From assembly GCA_029552065.1 (NCBI GenBank), contig JAKPEG010000068.1, positions 3,033 through 67,032 of the forward strand: a stretch of DNA of 64,000 nucleotides, in the 5' to 3' direction. This stretch comes from Actinomycetes bacterium (lineage in GTDB: Bacteria; Actinomycetota; Actinomycetes; Actinomycetales; Dermatophilaceae). The first letter of the stretch is position 1. Every line of letters starts with the position of its first letter. The translations under genes were made by a program, and so were the position numbers. This document shows, one piece after another, positions 18,296-28,496 of the stretch. The notes beneath the pieces were generated by a model. That model saw only the letters and a list, made by a program, of their open reading frames with translations. It did not search any database and was not told the DNA's origin.

Positions 18296-19794
18296 GCCGA
18301 CTTCTCCTGGCCGTGGCCGCCCATGAGCAGGCCGATCTTCTCGATGTCGTAGTCACCGCGGGTGAACTCGCCGGCGATGCGGCCCTCGAACATCACGACC
18401 AGACGGTGCGCGAGCGCCATCGCCTCGTCGAGATCCTCGGTGATGAGCAGGACGCCGGTGCCGTTGCGCGCCGCCTCCATGAGCACCGACCGGACGGTCT
18501 CGATCGCCCCGACGTCCAGGCCGCGGGTCGGCGTCGAGGCGATGAGGACGTGCGGGTTGGCACCGATCTCCCGCGCGAGCAGCACCTTTTGGACGTTGCC
18601 GCCGGACAGGACTCGGGTGGGGGTGTCGATGCTCGGCGTCTTGATCCCGAACCTGGCGACGAGCGCCTCGGCGTGGGCCCTGATCACCCGGTATCTCAGC
18701 AGCGGGCCCGAACTCATCGGCGGCCGTCGGTAGCCCTTGAGGGCGAGGTTGCCGTAGATCGGCAGCGAGGGGGACAGCCCGGTGCGCAGGCGGTCCTCGG
18801 GGATGAAGGCGAGCCCGAGGGCCGTGGACTCACGTGGCCCGGAGCCGCGGGTCCGCGTGCCGTTGATCTCGACCGTGCCGGCGGTGCGGGGGCGGATGCC
18901 GTAGATCGCCGCGGCGAGCTCCCGCTGGCCGTTGCCCGAGACGCCGCAGATGCCGAGCACCTCGCCCGCGTGCACGTCGAGGGTGACCCCCTTGGGCGAG
19001 CTCTGCGGTCGCACTCCGTCGGCGGACAGGTCGCGCACGGCGAGGACGACGCGGGTCTGGTCGACCTCCGGCCGGTTGGCGGTGTCGTCGGCGTTGAAGA
19101 CGACGGTGCGTCCGACCATCTGGCGGGCCAGTTCGGCCGAGGTCGTCTCGGCGGTGACGACGGTGCCGACCGTCCGGCCGTCCCGCAACGTGGTGACCCG
19201 GTCGGAGACCTTCATCACCTCGTGCAGTTTGTGGCTGATGAAGATGATCGACCGTCCGTCGGCGGCCATCCGTCGCATGGTCGCGAAGAGCGCGTCGGCC
19301 TCCTGCGGGGTGAGGACCGCGGTGGGTTCGTCGAGGATGAGGATCCGCGCCTGGCGGTCGAGCGCCTTGAGGATCTCGACGCGTTGCTGTTCGCCGACCG
19401 ACAGCTCCCACACGTCGGCGTCGGGGTCGACCTCGAGGCCGTATTCCTTGCCGAGGGAGCGGATCCGGTCCGCGGCGGTGGCGGCGTCGAACGCGCCGCG
19501 CGCCCCGAGGAGGAAGTTCTCGGCGACGGTGAACTTCGTCACCTGGCGGAAGTGCTGGTGCACCATGGCAATCCCGGCGGCGATCGCGTCACGGGGCGAG
19601 CCGAAGCTCACCGGCGTGCCGGCCAGCGCGATGGTCCCCTCGTCGGGGTGGTAGAGGCCGGTGAGGATGTTGGACAGCGTCGACTTGCCGGCACCGTTCT
19701 CACCCAGGAGCGCGTGCACCTCGCCCGCAGCCACGTCGAGGTCGACCGAGTCGTTGGCCACGACACCGACGAAGCGCTTGGTGATGCCGCGCAT
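18292..19794 (-). CDS. ABC transporter ATP-binding protein with two ATPase domains
   Basis: It starts MRGITKRFVGVVANDSVDLDVAAGEVHALLGENGAGKSTL. The signature is LSVGEQQRVEILKAL and Walker B is ILILDEPT. The second domain has GVSGNGQREL and LSGGNVQK. An alternative GTG start lies at 19800. The N-terminal 200 aa of the track ORF are artefactual. Confidence 0.9.
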   Translation of the reverse strand: MRGITKRFVGVVANDSVDLDVAAGEVHALLGENGAGKSTLSNILTGLYHPDEGTIALAGTPVSFGSPRDAIAAGIAMVHQHFRQVTKFTVAENFLLGARGAFDAATAADRIRSLGKEYGLEVDPDADVWELSVGEQQRVEILKALDRQARILILDEPTAVLTPQEADALFATMRRMAADGRSIIFISHKLHEVMKVSDRVTTLRDGRTVGTVVTAETTSAELARQMVGRTVVFNADDTANRPEVDQTRVVLAVRDLSADGVRPQSSPKGVTLDVHAGEVLGICGVSGNGQRELAAAIYGIRPRTAGTVEINGTRTRGSGPRESTALGLAFIPEDRLRTGLSPSLPIYGNLALKGYRRPPMSSGPLLRYRVIRAHAEALVARFGIKTPSIDTPTRVLSGGNVQKVLLAREIGANPHVLIASTPTRGLDVGAIETVRSVLMEAARNGTGVLLITEDLDEAMALAHRLVVMFEGRIAGEFTRGDYDIEKIGLLMGGHGQEKSA

Positions 19795-19904
19795 CGACAC
19801 CGCCGGGGGGGCGGTGTCGACGCGCGGCGCAGCGTCGATCGTGTTGTCGAGGCCGGGAGAGGGTCGTGAGTCTGGGGCCGGGACCGCGGCCCCAGCCCCG
19901 GTGG

Positions 19905-21029
19905 TCAATTGACCACGCCGTCGACGAACCAGTTGATGGCCTGCAGGTCGTCGGCGGAGATCGTCGCGCCCGCAGCGAGCTTGTCGGCACCCTTGTTGTC
20001 CTTGAGCGGACCCTTGAAGATGGTGAAGCTGCCCGCGATGATCTCCGCCTTCTTCGCATCCACGAGCGCCTGCGTCGCCGGCTCGACGATCTTGCCGTAG
20101 GGCGCGAGTGCGTTGAAGCCGTCCTTGAGGTTGCCGTAGTAGTCGGCCTTCTTCCAGGTGCCGTCGAGGACACCCTGAATCTGGTTGAGGTAGTAGGGGC
20201 CCCAGTTGTAGATGGGGGCGGTGAGCCAGATGTCGGGGAAGTTGGCGCTCTGGTCCGAGTCGTAGCCGACCCAGGGCAGGCCCTTGGCCTTGGCGGCCTC
20301 GCCGGGTGCCGGGGAGTCGCCACCGTTGGCGAGCACGTCGCAGCCCTGGGCGATGAGGGAGTCGGCTGCCTGGCGCTCCTTCGTCGGGTCGAACCACGAC
20401 TTGATCTCCACGGTCTTCACCGTTGCGGCGGGGTTGACCGAGCGGGCACCGAGGGCGAAGGCGTTGATGTGGCGGATCACCTCGGGGATCAGGAACGGGG
20501 CGACGAAGCCGATCTTGCCCGACTTGGAGGCCTTGGCCGCGGCCATCCCGGCGAGGTACTTGCCCTCCTCCGTCGCACCGTAATAGGTCCCGAAGTTCGC
20601 CTGCGGGTTGTGCCAGGCGCCGGTCGCGTGGAGGAACTTCACGTCGGCGTGCTTCTTGGCCGAGGCGAGCATCGCATCGCCGAAGCCGAAGGACGTCGCG
20701 AAGATGATGTTGTTGCCGTCCTTCACCAGGTCCTCGATGACCTGCGCGGTCTCGGCACCCTCGGGGACGTTCTCCTTGTAGGTCGTGACGACCTTGCTGC
20801 CGAGCTTGTCCACAACGTACTTGCGGCCCACGTCGTGGGCCTGGGTCCAGCCGCCGTCGTTGATCGGGCCGACGTAGACCCAGGCGGCCTTCACCTTGTC
20901 GAGCTTGGCCGCGGCACCGGTCGAGGCGGCGCTCGTGGCGGTTGTGGCGGTGTCCTTGTTGGTCACGCAGCCGCTGGTGGTCAGGGCGACGACCCCGAGT
21001 GACCCGATGAGGAACGACCTACGGTCCAT
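19905..21029 (-). CDS. BMP-family (PnrA/Med-like) ABC substrate-binding lipoprotein
   Basis: 374 aa from ATG 21029, with AAGGA 8 nt upstream. The signal peptide has a lipobox (MDRRSFLIGSLGVVALTTSGC). The body is typical of basic membrane protein nucleoside binders (GFVAPFLIPEV...). Confidence 0.9.
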   Translation of the reverse strand: MDRRSFLIGSLGVVALTTSGCVTNKDTATTATSAASTGAAAKLDKVKAAWVYVGPINDGGWTQAHDVGRKYVVDKLGSKVVTTYKENVPEGAETAQVIEDLVKDGNNIIFATSFGFGDAMLASAKKHADVKFLHATGAWHNPQANFGTYYGATEEGKYLAGMAAAKASKSGKIGFVAPFLIPEVIRHINAFALGARSVNPAATVKTVEIKSWFDPTKERQAADSLIAQGCDVLANGGDSPAPGEAAKAKGLPWVGYDSDQSANFPDIWLTAPIYNWGPYYLNQIQGVLDGTWKKADYYGNLKDGFNALAPYGKIVEPATQALVDAKKAEIIAGSFTIFKGPLKDNKGADKLAAGATISADDLQAINWFVDGVVN

Positions 21030-21190
21030 GCTGTACATCCTTAGGACGAGGGTGTGCTTGGTCTCGCCTCCGGAACCCCACCACGATGCAACCCCGCTTG
21101 AGCCCGAAAGCGATGGCTTGACGGTATCGGACTGCGCCATCCGAAGATAAGGGCCCCCTGGGATGGCGGCCCGGCCCGCCCGGGCGCGAT

Positions 21191-22558
21191 TCAGCCACCC
21201 CAGCAGGACGCGGGCGGCTCGTAGGTCGACTTCGGTCGGCTCGTCGTCGAGCTGCCGGAGGAGGCCCCCGATCCGACCGGTGCGGTCGAAGAGGTGCCGG
21301 TCGCGCTCGTCGGCGCCGTGGACGAGGCCGGCGCAGACGTCGCCGTGGCGGAGAGGGCGGCGATGCGGAAGCGCACGAAGGCCTTGACGCCGCTGTAGTC
21401 GAACAGGCCGGCCACCGGCCGCACGACACTGAGCTGCCCGGCGGTCCCGACGGTGAGGACCGGGTGCGCCGGGTCGGTGAGGGAGATCGAGGTGAGCGAG
21501 CCCATTCCACGGGCGAGGTCGACGGCCGTCCGCGCCTCGTCCGTGCTCAGGTTGGTCGTCACGTTGTCACCGAGCGCGTCGATGAGCCGGCTCAACGCGG
21601 CGGGATTGGCGAGGGTGCCCGCCGACACGGCCTTGGCGCGCAGCGCGGAAAGGATCTTCTGCTGGTTGGCCTGCCGGTCGAAGTCGCCGCCGTTGAGGCC
21701 GAAGTTCATGCAGCTGCGGGCCTGGACGTCGCCGCGGGCCCGGGCCAGGTCGAGGGCGTGTTGCCCGTCGATGTGGTAGACGCCGTCCCGGGGGTAGTAG
21801 ACCCGACGACAGCCGACCGCTTCGTGCGGGCAGCCCGCGCCGTCGAGCCCTGTGTCGAAGATCCCCTCGTGCCCGTTGCCGACGATCTCGACGTCGATCC
21901 CGCCGACCGCGTCGACCGAGGTCGACAGGACCGTGTAGTTCACGTGCACCCAATATTGGGGGACCAGCCCGGTGACCGATCCCACGGCCGCGGCCAGTGC
22001 CTGGGCACCGGTCGCGTCGACCGCCTGGTAGTCCGGGATCTTCTCCTGGAGCGTCTCGAAGTGTCCGGTCGCGCATTCGTAGATCGCGTTGATCTTCGAC
22101 TCGGTGCCGACGATGCACGTGCCTGTGACCTTCACCCAGGTGTCGCGGGGGATGGCGACCATCGCCGCCGTGCCGGTCTTCGGGTCGATGCTCAGCACCT
22201 GGATCGCATCGGTGAGCCACATGCCCTGCCCACCCTCGCCCTGGCTGTGCCCGACGTCGTCCTGCGACGTGCCGAAGATGAGGACGTTCACGCGTCCGTC
22301 TGCATCGGTCTTCAGCGGGGTGTCCGCGGGGGCGACGAGGCCGACCACCGAACCGCCGCCACCGAAGACCTTGCCGCTCATGGCGGCGGTCTTCAGGGTG
22401 AGGACGACGGCCACCGTGACGACGGCGACGACGACGACCGCGACGATCGAGAGGAACCGCGCCCGCCGTCGCCGCCGGCGCTCGCGTCGGGACCGGCGCG
22501 ACATCGGCAAATCGAGCGTCCGGCCCCGAGGAGCCCCCTGTGTGGATGAAGTGGTCAT
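21191..22558 (-). CDS. LCP (LytR-CpsA-Psr) family cell-envelope transferase
   Basis: 455 aa. It has an Arg-rich cytoplasmic N-terminus, one TM (FLSIVAVVVVAVVTVAVVL), an LCP core (NVLIFGTSQDD...LSIDPKTGTAAMVAIPRDTWV) and a Ser/Thr-rich C-terminal tail. Confidence 0.85.
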   Translation of the reverse strand: MTTSSTQGAPRGRTLDLPMSRRSRRERRRRRRARFLSIVAVVVVAVVTVAVVLTLKTAAMSGKVFGGGGSVVGLVAPADTPLKTDADGRVNVLIFGTSQDDVGHSQGEGGQGMWLTDAIQVLSIDPKTGTAAMVAIPRDTWVKVTGTCIVGTESKINAIYECATGHFETLQEKIPDYQAVDATGAQALAAAVGSVTGLVPQYWVHVNYTVLSTSVDAVGGIDVEIVGNGHEGIFDTGLDGAGCPHEAVGCRRVYYPRDGVYHIDGQHALDLARARGDVQARSCMNFGLNGGDFDRQANQQKILSALRAKAVSAGTLANPAALSRLIDALGDNVTTNLSTDEARTAVDLARGMGSLTSISLTDPAHPVLTVGTAGQLSVVRPVAGLFDYSGVKAFVRFRIAALSATATSAPASSTAPTSATGTSSTAPVGSGASSGSSTTSRPKSTYEPPASCWGG

Positions 22559-22873
22559 AGTCCCGCAAAACGCCAGTAGTGAGTCACCGAAGTGTAGACG
22601 TCCTCACCTGTGACCCCTTCGGGGCGGGTCTGCGGGCTACGCTCGCCCGGTGGTCCCCCCGAGCGCTCCACCGCCCGTGCGCGGCGCCCACCGTTCGTCC
22701 CGGTATGCCGCGTGGCCGGCCATGGGGGTGGGGGCGAGGTGAACGTGCGCTTCCGCCACCGACTCACGCTCGTCGTGCTCGCCCTGCTCGTCGTCCTCGG
22801 GGTGATCGCCGCACTCGTCCGCTAGCCCACCACCCGCCCAGCACAGGCCCACCGGAAGCTCACCACTAGATTT

Positions 22874-22903
22874 CGTTAGCTCAACTAATGAGCTAAACTA
22901 ACG
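22874..22903. promoter_or_regulatory. nested palindrome immediately upstream of marR-family gene (candidate MarR operator)
   Basis: CGTTAGCTCAACTAATGAGCTAAACTAACG: a perfect 8-bp inverted repeat TTAGCTCA/TGAGCTAA (22876-22883 and 22889-22896, 5-nt spacer), flanked by CGTTAG/CTAACG. It ends 3 nt before ATG 22906. This is the most AT-rich stretch locally. Confidence 0.5.
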
Positions 22904-22905
22904 GC

Positions 22906-23349
22906 ATGACGCGTCCGGCTGCCCCGCTCTCCGCGACCGAGCTCGCCCAGGTGGCCAGCGATCTGAGGCTCGCCTGCATGCGGATCAGTCGGCGGGTCCG
23001 GTTCGAGCATGTGAGCGAGATCGCACCCCATCAGTTCTCCGTTCTCGTGCGGCTCGAGGCCGGGCCGCACACCCCCGGGGAGCTCGCCGAGATCGAGCGG
23101 GTGGCCAAGCCGACGATGACCAAGACGGTCGGGCCGCTCGTCGAGCGTGGCTGGGTGCAGCGCACCGCGGATCCCGCGGACGGCCGGCAGGTCATCCTTT
23201 CGCTCACCCGCGAGGGTCGGGCCACCGTCGAGGCCACCCGACGCCGCCGGGACGCGTGGATGCGCACGAGGATCGGGCGGCTCGCCCCGGCCGACCAGCG
23301 CCTGCTCGCCGAAGCGGAACGGGTGCTCGCCCGGGTGGCCGCCGAGTGA
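22906..23349 (+). CDS. MarR family transcriptional regulator
   Basis: 147 aa with a winged-HTH core (SVLVRLEAGPHTPGELAEIERVAKPTMTKTVGPLVERGWVQRTADPADGRQV). GTGA overlap with the downstream MFS gene. Confidence 0.88.
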   Translation: MTRPAAPLSATELAQVASDLRLACMRISRRVRFEHVSEIAPHQFSVLVRLEAGPHTPGELAEIERVAKPTMTKTVGPLVERGWVQRTADPADGRQVILSLTREGRATVEATRRRRDAWMRTRIGRLAPADQRLLAEAERVLARVAAE

Positions 23350-24647
23350 GCGCCACCTTCGCCTCGCTCGGGGTCCGCAACTACCGCCTATTCGCCACGG
23401 GTGGCGTCGTCTCCAACACCGGGACCTGGATGGGCCGGGTCGCCCAGGACTGGCTCGTGCTCACCCAACTCACCGACCATTCCTCCACCGCACTGGGCAC
23501 GGTGACCGGCCTGCAGTTCCTCCCCTTCCTCGTCCTGGCCCCGTGGACCGGGCTGATCGCCGACCGGTACCCCAAGCGCCGGATCATGCTCGTCACCCAG
23601 ACCGTCCTCATGACGAGTGCCGCCGCCCTGGCCGCGCTCACCCTCGCCGAGGTCGTGCAGCTCTGGCAGGTCTACCTCGTCGCAATCGTCCAGGGCGTCG
23701 CGACCGCCGTGGACAACCCGGCCCGGCAGACCTTCACCGCGGAGATGGTCGGCCAAGGGCTCATCGCCAACGCGGTCGCCCTCAACTCGGCCTCGTTCAA
23801 CCTCGGCCGGCTGGCCGGTCCCGGGGTCGCGGGCCTGCTCATCGCGGCATACGGCACGGGGTGGACGCTGCTCGCCAACGCGGTCTCGTTCGCCGCGGTC
23901 ATCGCCTCGCTGCTGCTCATGCGGGCGGCCGACCTGCACGCGGTGCCGCTCGCGCGCGGCAAGGGCACCATCCGGGAGGGCCTCGCCTATGTGCGCGGTC
24001 GGCGCGACATCCAGCTGGTCCTGCTCCTCGTCTTCGTCCTGGGCACCTTCGGGATGAACTTCCAGATGACCATGGCCCTCATGGCGACGACGGTCTTCGG
24101 CAAGGGGGCCACCGAATACGGGCTGCTCGGCTCGGTGATGGCGGTCGGCTCGCTGTCCGCGGCCCTGCTCTCGGCCAGGCGTGAACGTCCCCGGCTGCGG
24201 GTGCTGCTCGTCGCCCTGGGCGGCTTCGTCGTCACCAGCGGCGCCGCCGCGCTCGCCCCCTCGTATGCCGTGTTCGCGGTGGCACTCGCGGGCTGTGGGC
24301 TCACCGCGCTCACCGCCCTCACGACGGCCAACGCCCTCGTGCAGATCAGCGTCGACCCGGTGATGCGGGGGCGCGTGATGGCGCTCTACATGGCGATCTT
24401 CATGGGCGGTACCCCGCTCGGGGCGCCGTTCATCGGGTGGCTCGGCGACGTGGCGGGCCCCCGTTGGACGATCGGGATCGGCACGGTGACCGTGGGGGTC
24501 ACGGTGGTCGCCGTCGGCGCGCTGCTCCTGCGACGGGAGAACGTCCAGCTCAGCTACGCCTCGCGTCGGCAGCCGCACTTCCGGCTCACCGTCGGACCGG
24601 CCGACGCAGACCTCGTCGGCTCGTCCGAGCCCGAGGTCGCTCGCTGA
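23346..24647 (+). CDS. MFS transporter (EntS/DUF894-like efflux type)
   Basis: GTG at 23346 (VSATFASLGVRNYRLFATGGVVSNTGTWMGRVAQDWLVL...GLIADRYPKRRIM). About 12 TM segments. Co-transcribed with marR. Confidence 0.87.
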   Translation: MSATFASLGVRNYRLFATGGVVSNTGTWMGRVAQDWLVLTQLTDHSSTALGTVTGLQFLPFLVLAPWTGLIADRYPKRRIMLVTQTVLMTSAAALAALTLAEVVQLWQVYLVAIVQGVATAVDNPARQTFTAEMVGQGLIANAVALNSASFNLGRLAGPGVAGLLIAAYGTGWTLLANAVSFAAVIASLLLMRAADLHAVPLARGKGTIREGLAYVRGRRDIQLVLLLVFVLGTFGMNFQMTMALMATTVFGKGATEYGLLGSVMAVGSLSAALLSARRERPRLRVLLVALGGFVVTSGAAALAPSYAVFAVALAGCGLTALTALTTANALVQISVDPVMRGRVMALYMAIFMGGTPLGAPFIGWLGDVAGPRWTIGIGTVTVGVTVVAVGALLLRRENVQLSYASRRQPHFRLTVGPADADLVGSSEPEVAR

Positions 24648-24674
24648 CGCGCGCTCCCGCGTGCGCCTCTGCGC

Positions 24675-25940
<1,266 letters not shown>

Positions 25941-25990
25941 TTAGGAGGTGCGTAATGATGTAATCATGTAAGACAAGCAAGGAGTGAACC

Positions 25991-26812
25991 ATGGATACGC
26001 ATGACATCGACAACTCCCAGCCCCAGGACGCACCGGACGGGCAGCGCCCGTCGGGCGACGGCCACCGACGCCACCGTCACGGCCCGCACGGCCACCACAA
26101 GGGTCGCCCCGGGCCGGACTTCGGCCCTGCGGCCTTCGGCTCAGGCGCACGCTCGCGTGGCGAGGGTTCCGCCGAGGGCGCCGAGCCCGGTATGCCGTTC
26201 GGTCCCGGTGGTCCGTTCGGCGGTGGCCCCTTCGGTGGTCGCCGCGGTGGGCGCGGGCGCGGGCGCGGTGGTCCCGGCCCGTTCGGGCGTCCGGGTGGGT
26301 GGCAACAGGCCGACCTGCCCCCGGCCGACGACGCGGCCGAATGGCTGGCCGGCCGTCTCCCGGGCGACTGGTTCACCGGGACGCCGCAGGTGAGCGTCGA
26401 CCGCGAGGAGATCCTCGTCGTCGGCGAGCTGCCTCCGGTCGACGGCCAGGGCGACAGCCCGGCGGCCGCCGCGGGCCGGATCACCCGGTTCCGGGAGCAG
26501 ACCCGCGACCAGCGGATCGCCATCGCCCAGGAGGCCGAGGCGCGCTACGGCCGCAAGGTGAGCTGGGGAGCGAGCATCGGCGAGCACAGCGAGCTGTTCA
26601 CCCACCTCGCCGTGCCGGTGATGACCCGGCTGCGCCAGCCGCAGCGGCAGGTGCTCGACACGCTCGTCGACGCCGGCGTGGCGCGCTCGCGCTCCGAGGC
26701 GCTCGCCTGGTCGGTCGCCCTCGTCGGGCAGCACATCGAGCCGTGGCTCGCCGAGCTGCGCGAGAAGATGGCCGAGGTCGACAAGCTGCGGGCCGAGGGC
26801 CCGGCGGTCTGA
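25991..26812 (+). CDS. conserved hypothetical protein with His/Gly/Arg-rich disordered N-terminus
   Basis: 273 aa, with AAGGAG 6 nt upstream of the ATG. The N-terminus reads GHRRHRHGPHGHHKGRPGPD...GGPFGGRRGGRGRGRGGPGPFGRPGG. The C-terminal half is structured (ITRFREQTRDQRIAIAQEAEARYGRKVSWG...). It is divergent from serC. Confidence 0.65.
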   Translation: MDTHDIDNSQPQDAPDGQRPSGDGHRRHRHGPHGHHKGRPGPDFGPAAFGSGARSRGEGSAEGAEPGMPFGPGGPFGGGPFGGRRGGRGRGRGGPGPFGRPGGWQQADLPPADDAAEWLAGRLPGDWFTGTPQVSVDREEILVVGELPPVDGQGDSPAAAAGRITRFREQTRDQRIAIAQEAEARYGRKVSWGASIGEHSELFTHLAVPVMTRLRQPQRQVLDTLVDAGVARSRSEALAWSVALVGQHIEPWLAELREKMAEVDKLRAEGPAV

Positions 26813-26822
26813 CCGAGCGTCG

Positions 26823-26863
26823 CGACCCGCACCCCCGTGCCTCAGCGCAGGGAGTGCGGGTCG
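26823..26863. terminator. 10-bp perfect inverted repeat between convergent genes (candidate terminator)
   Basis: CGACCCGCAC (26823-26832) and GTGCGGGTCG (26854-26863) with a 21-nt loop. The right arm overlaps the last codons of the citrate synthase gene. Confidence 0.35.
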
Positions 26864-27987
26864 ACCCGCTTCGGCCAGCCGGGCACGTCCTCGGGCCGGC
26901 GCGGGGCGACCCCGACATAGCGGGCGGGCGGACGGATGAGCCGCCCGTCCCGCTTCTGCTCTAGCACGTGCGCGGACCACCCTGCGGTCCGGGCGCAGAT
27001 GAACATCGGGGTGAACATCGAGGGCGGGACCTCGGCGTAGTCGAGCAGGATCGCGGCCCAGAAGGCCATATTCGTGCCGAGCTGGCGCCCGGGGTGCCGC
27101 TCGTTGAGGCCGGCGAGGGCCGCCTGTTCGAGCGCGAGCGCCGCCTCGTAGCGCGGTGCCCCCAACCGTTCACAGGTCTCGCGGACCACCCGGGCGCGCG
27201 GGTCCTCGCCGCGATAGACGAGGTGCCCGAAGCCCATGAGCCGCTCGCCGCGGTCGAGTGCCCCCGTCACGTATGCCGCCGCGTCGTCGAGTCGTTCGGC
27301 CGCTTCGAGCATGCCGAGCACGCGGGCCGAGGCGCCGCCGTGGAGTGGTCCGCTCATCGTCGCGACCGCGCCGGACAGGCAGGCGGCCGCGTCGGCACCG
27401 GTCGAGGCGATCACCCGCGCGGTGAAGGTCGAGGCGTTGAGCCCGTCCTCGGCCGCAGCCACCCAATAGGCGTCGACCGCCTCGACGTGCTTGGGGTCGG
27501 GCTCGGCTCGCCACCGGATCATGAACCGTTCGACGATCGAGCGGGCCTTGTCGACCTCACGCTGGGGGACCATCGGCTTGTGCCGACCGCGTGCGGACTG
27601 GGCGACGAAGGACAGCGCCATGACCGCCGCCCGGGCCAGGTCGTCACGGGCCTCGGCGACCTCGATGTCGAGCAGCGGCCGGAAGCCCCACACGGGGGCG
27701 AGCTGGGCCAGCGCGGACTGGACGTCGACCCGGGCGTCGCCGGAATGGACCGGCAGCGGGAACGGTTCGGCCGGCGGCAGGCCCGGCTCGAATGCGTCGT
27801 CGACGAGCAGCCCCCAGACCTGCCCGAAAGACACCCGGTCGACGAGTTCGACGACGTCGATCCCGCGGTAGCGCAGGCTACCGGTCTGCGCGTCGAGGTC
27901 GGCGATCGCCGTGTCGAAGGCGAGACCGGTGAGCCCACCCTCCGTCGCTCCCGGACTTTCACCTGTGGCCGCGATCGGTTGTTCCAT
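26842..27987 (-). CDS. citA: citrate synthase family protein (CitA-like, type II small form)
   Basis: 381 aa with LRYRGIDVVELV..., GPLHGGA, GFGHLVYRGEDPRA and the C-terminal ARYVG motif of citrate/2-methylcitrate synthases. Confidence 0.86.
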   Translation of the reverse strand: MEQPIAATGESPGATEGGLTGLAFDTAIADLDAQTGSLRYRGIDVVELVDRVSFGQVWGLLVDDAFEPGLPPAEPFPLPVHSGDARVDVQSALAQLAPVWGFRPLLDIEVAEARDDLARAAVMALSFVAQSARGRHKPMVPQREVDKARSIVERFMIRWRAEPDPKHVEAVDAYWVAAAEDGLNASTFTARVIASTGADAAACLSGAVATMSGPLHGGASARVLGMLEAAERLDDAAAYVTGALDRGERLMGFGHLVYRGEDPRARVVRETCERLGAPRYEAALALEQAALAGLNERHPGRQLGTNMAFWAAILLDYAEVPPSMFTPMFICARTAGWSAHVLEQKRDGRLIRPPARYVGVAPRRPEDVPGWPKRVDPHSLR

Positions 27988-28052
27988 CCTCGGTCGTGCT
28001 CCTCGTGCTGGGGTCGGGCCGGCAGGCGCCGGCGAGCCGGGTTGAAGGGGAT

Positions 28053-28448
28053 TCAGTGGGACCGGCGCAGGAGCGAGCTGCCCCGGCCGGTGGACTGGGT
28101 GGGTGACACCCGCAGGGACAGGTCGGCGTGGGCGACGAGCAGCTCCAGGGTCGGCCCGACCGGGGGATGCGCAGATACCGGTCGGTCGCCGGCGTAGACC
28201 ACCCAGACCTCCTGGCCCTCGTGGAAGACCTTGAGTGTGCTCCCGGCGGTGAGGGTGGCCGCCTCGGCCAGGGCTGCGCAGCGCGCCTGGCGGCCGGCCA
28301 GCCGCCGCCCGGCGTATGCCGTGGCGGGGCCCTGGAGGGCCTTGGCCGCCACGACGAGATGGGGGCCGTACTTCACGCCGTACTTCACGGCATACCCGAG
28401 GACCCTGCCCGTGCTCGTGCCCGTGCTGTTGCCCTTCCCCGCGGCCAT
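28053..28448 (-). CDS. hypothetical protein
   Basis: 131 aa from ATG 28448 (MAAGKGNSTGTSTGRVLGYAVKYGVKYGPHLVVAAKALQGP...). High GC3. This is the last third of the otherwise artefactual track ORF 28053..29270. No family recognised. Confidence 0.42.
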   Translation of the reverse strand: MAAGKGNSTGTSTGRVLGYAVKYGVKYGPHLVVAAKALQGPATAYAGRRLAGRQARCAALAEAATLTAGSTLKVFHEGQEVWVVYAGDRPVSAHPPVGPTLELLVAHADLSLRVSPTQSTGRGSSLLRRSH

Positions 28449-28496
28449 GACCGACCTCCCGTGGTGCGCGTGTGGGGCGAAGCCTAGTCTCGACTC

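Noticed and set aside
22739-22825. 28-codon ORF (VNVRFRHRLTLVVLALLVVLGVIAALVR) encoding a single TM helix between the LCP and marR genes.
   Set aside because: It has a GTG start with only a weak adjacent purine run. It is too short for composition tests and I cannot check conservation. It is kept as a possibility only.
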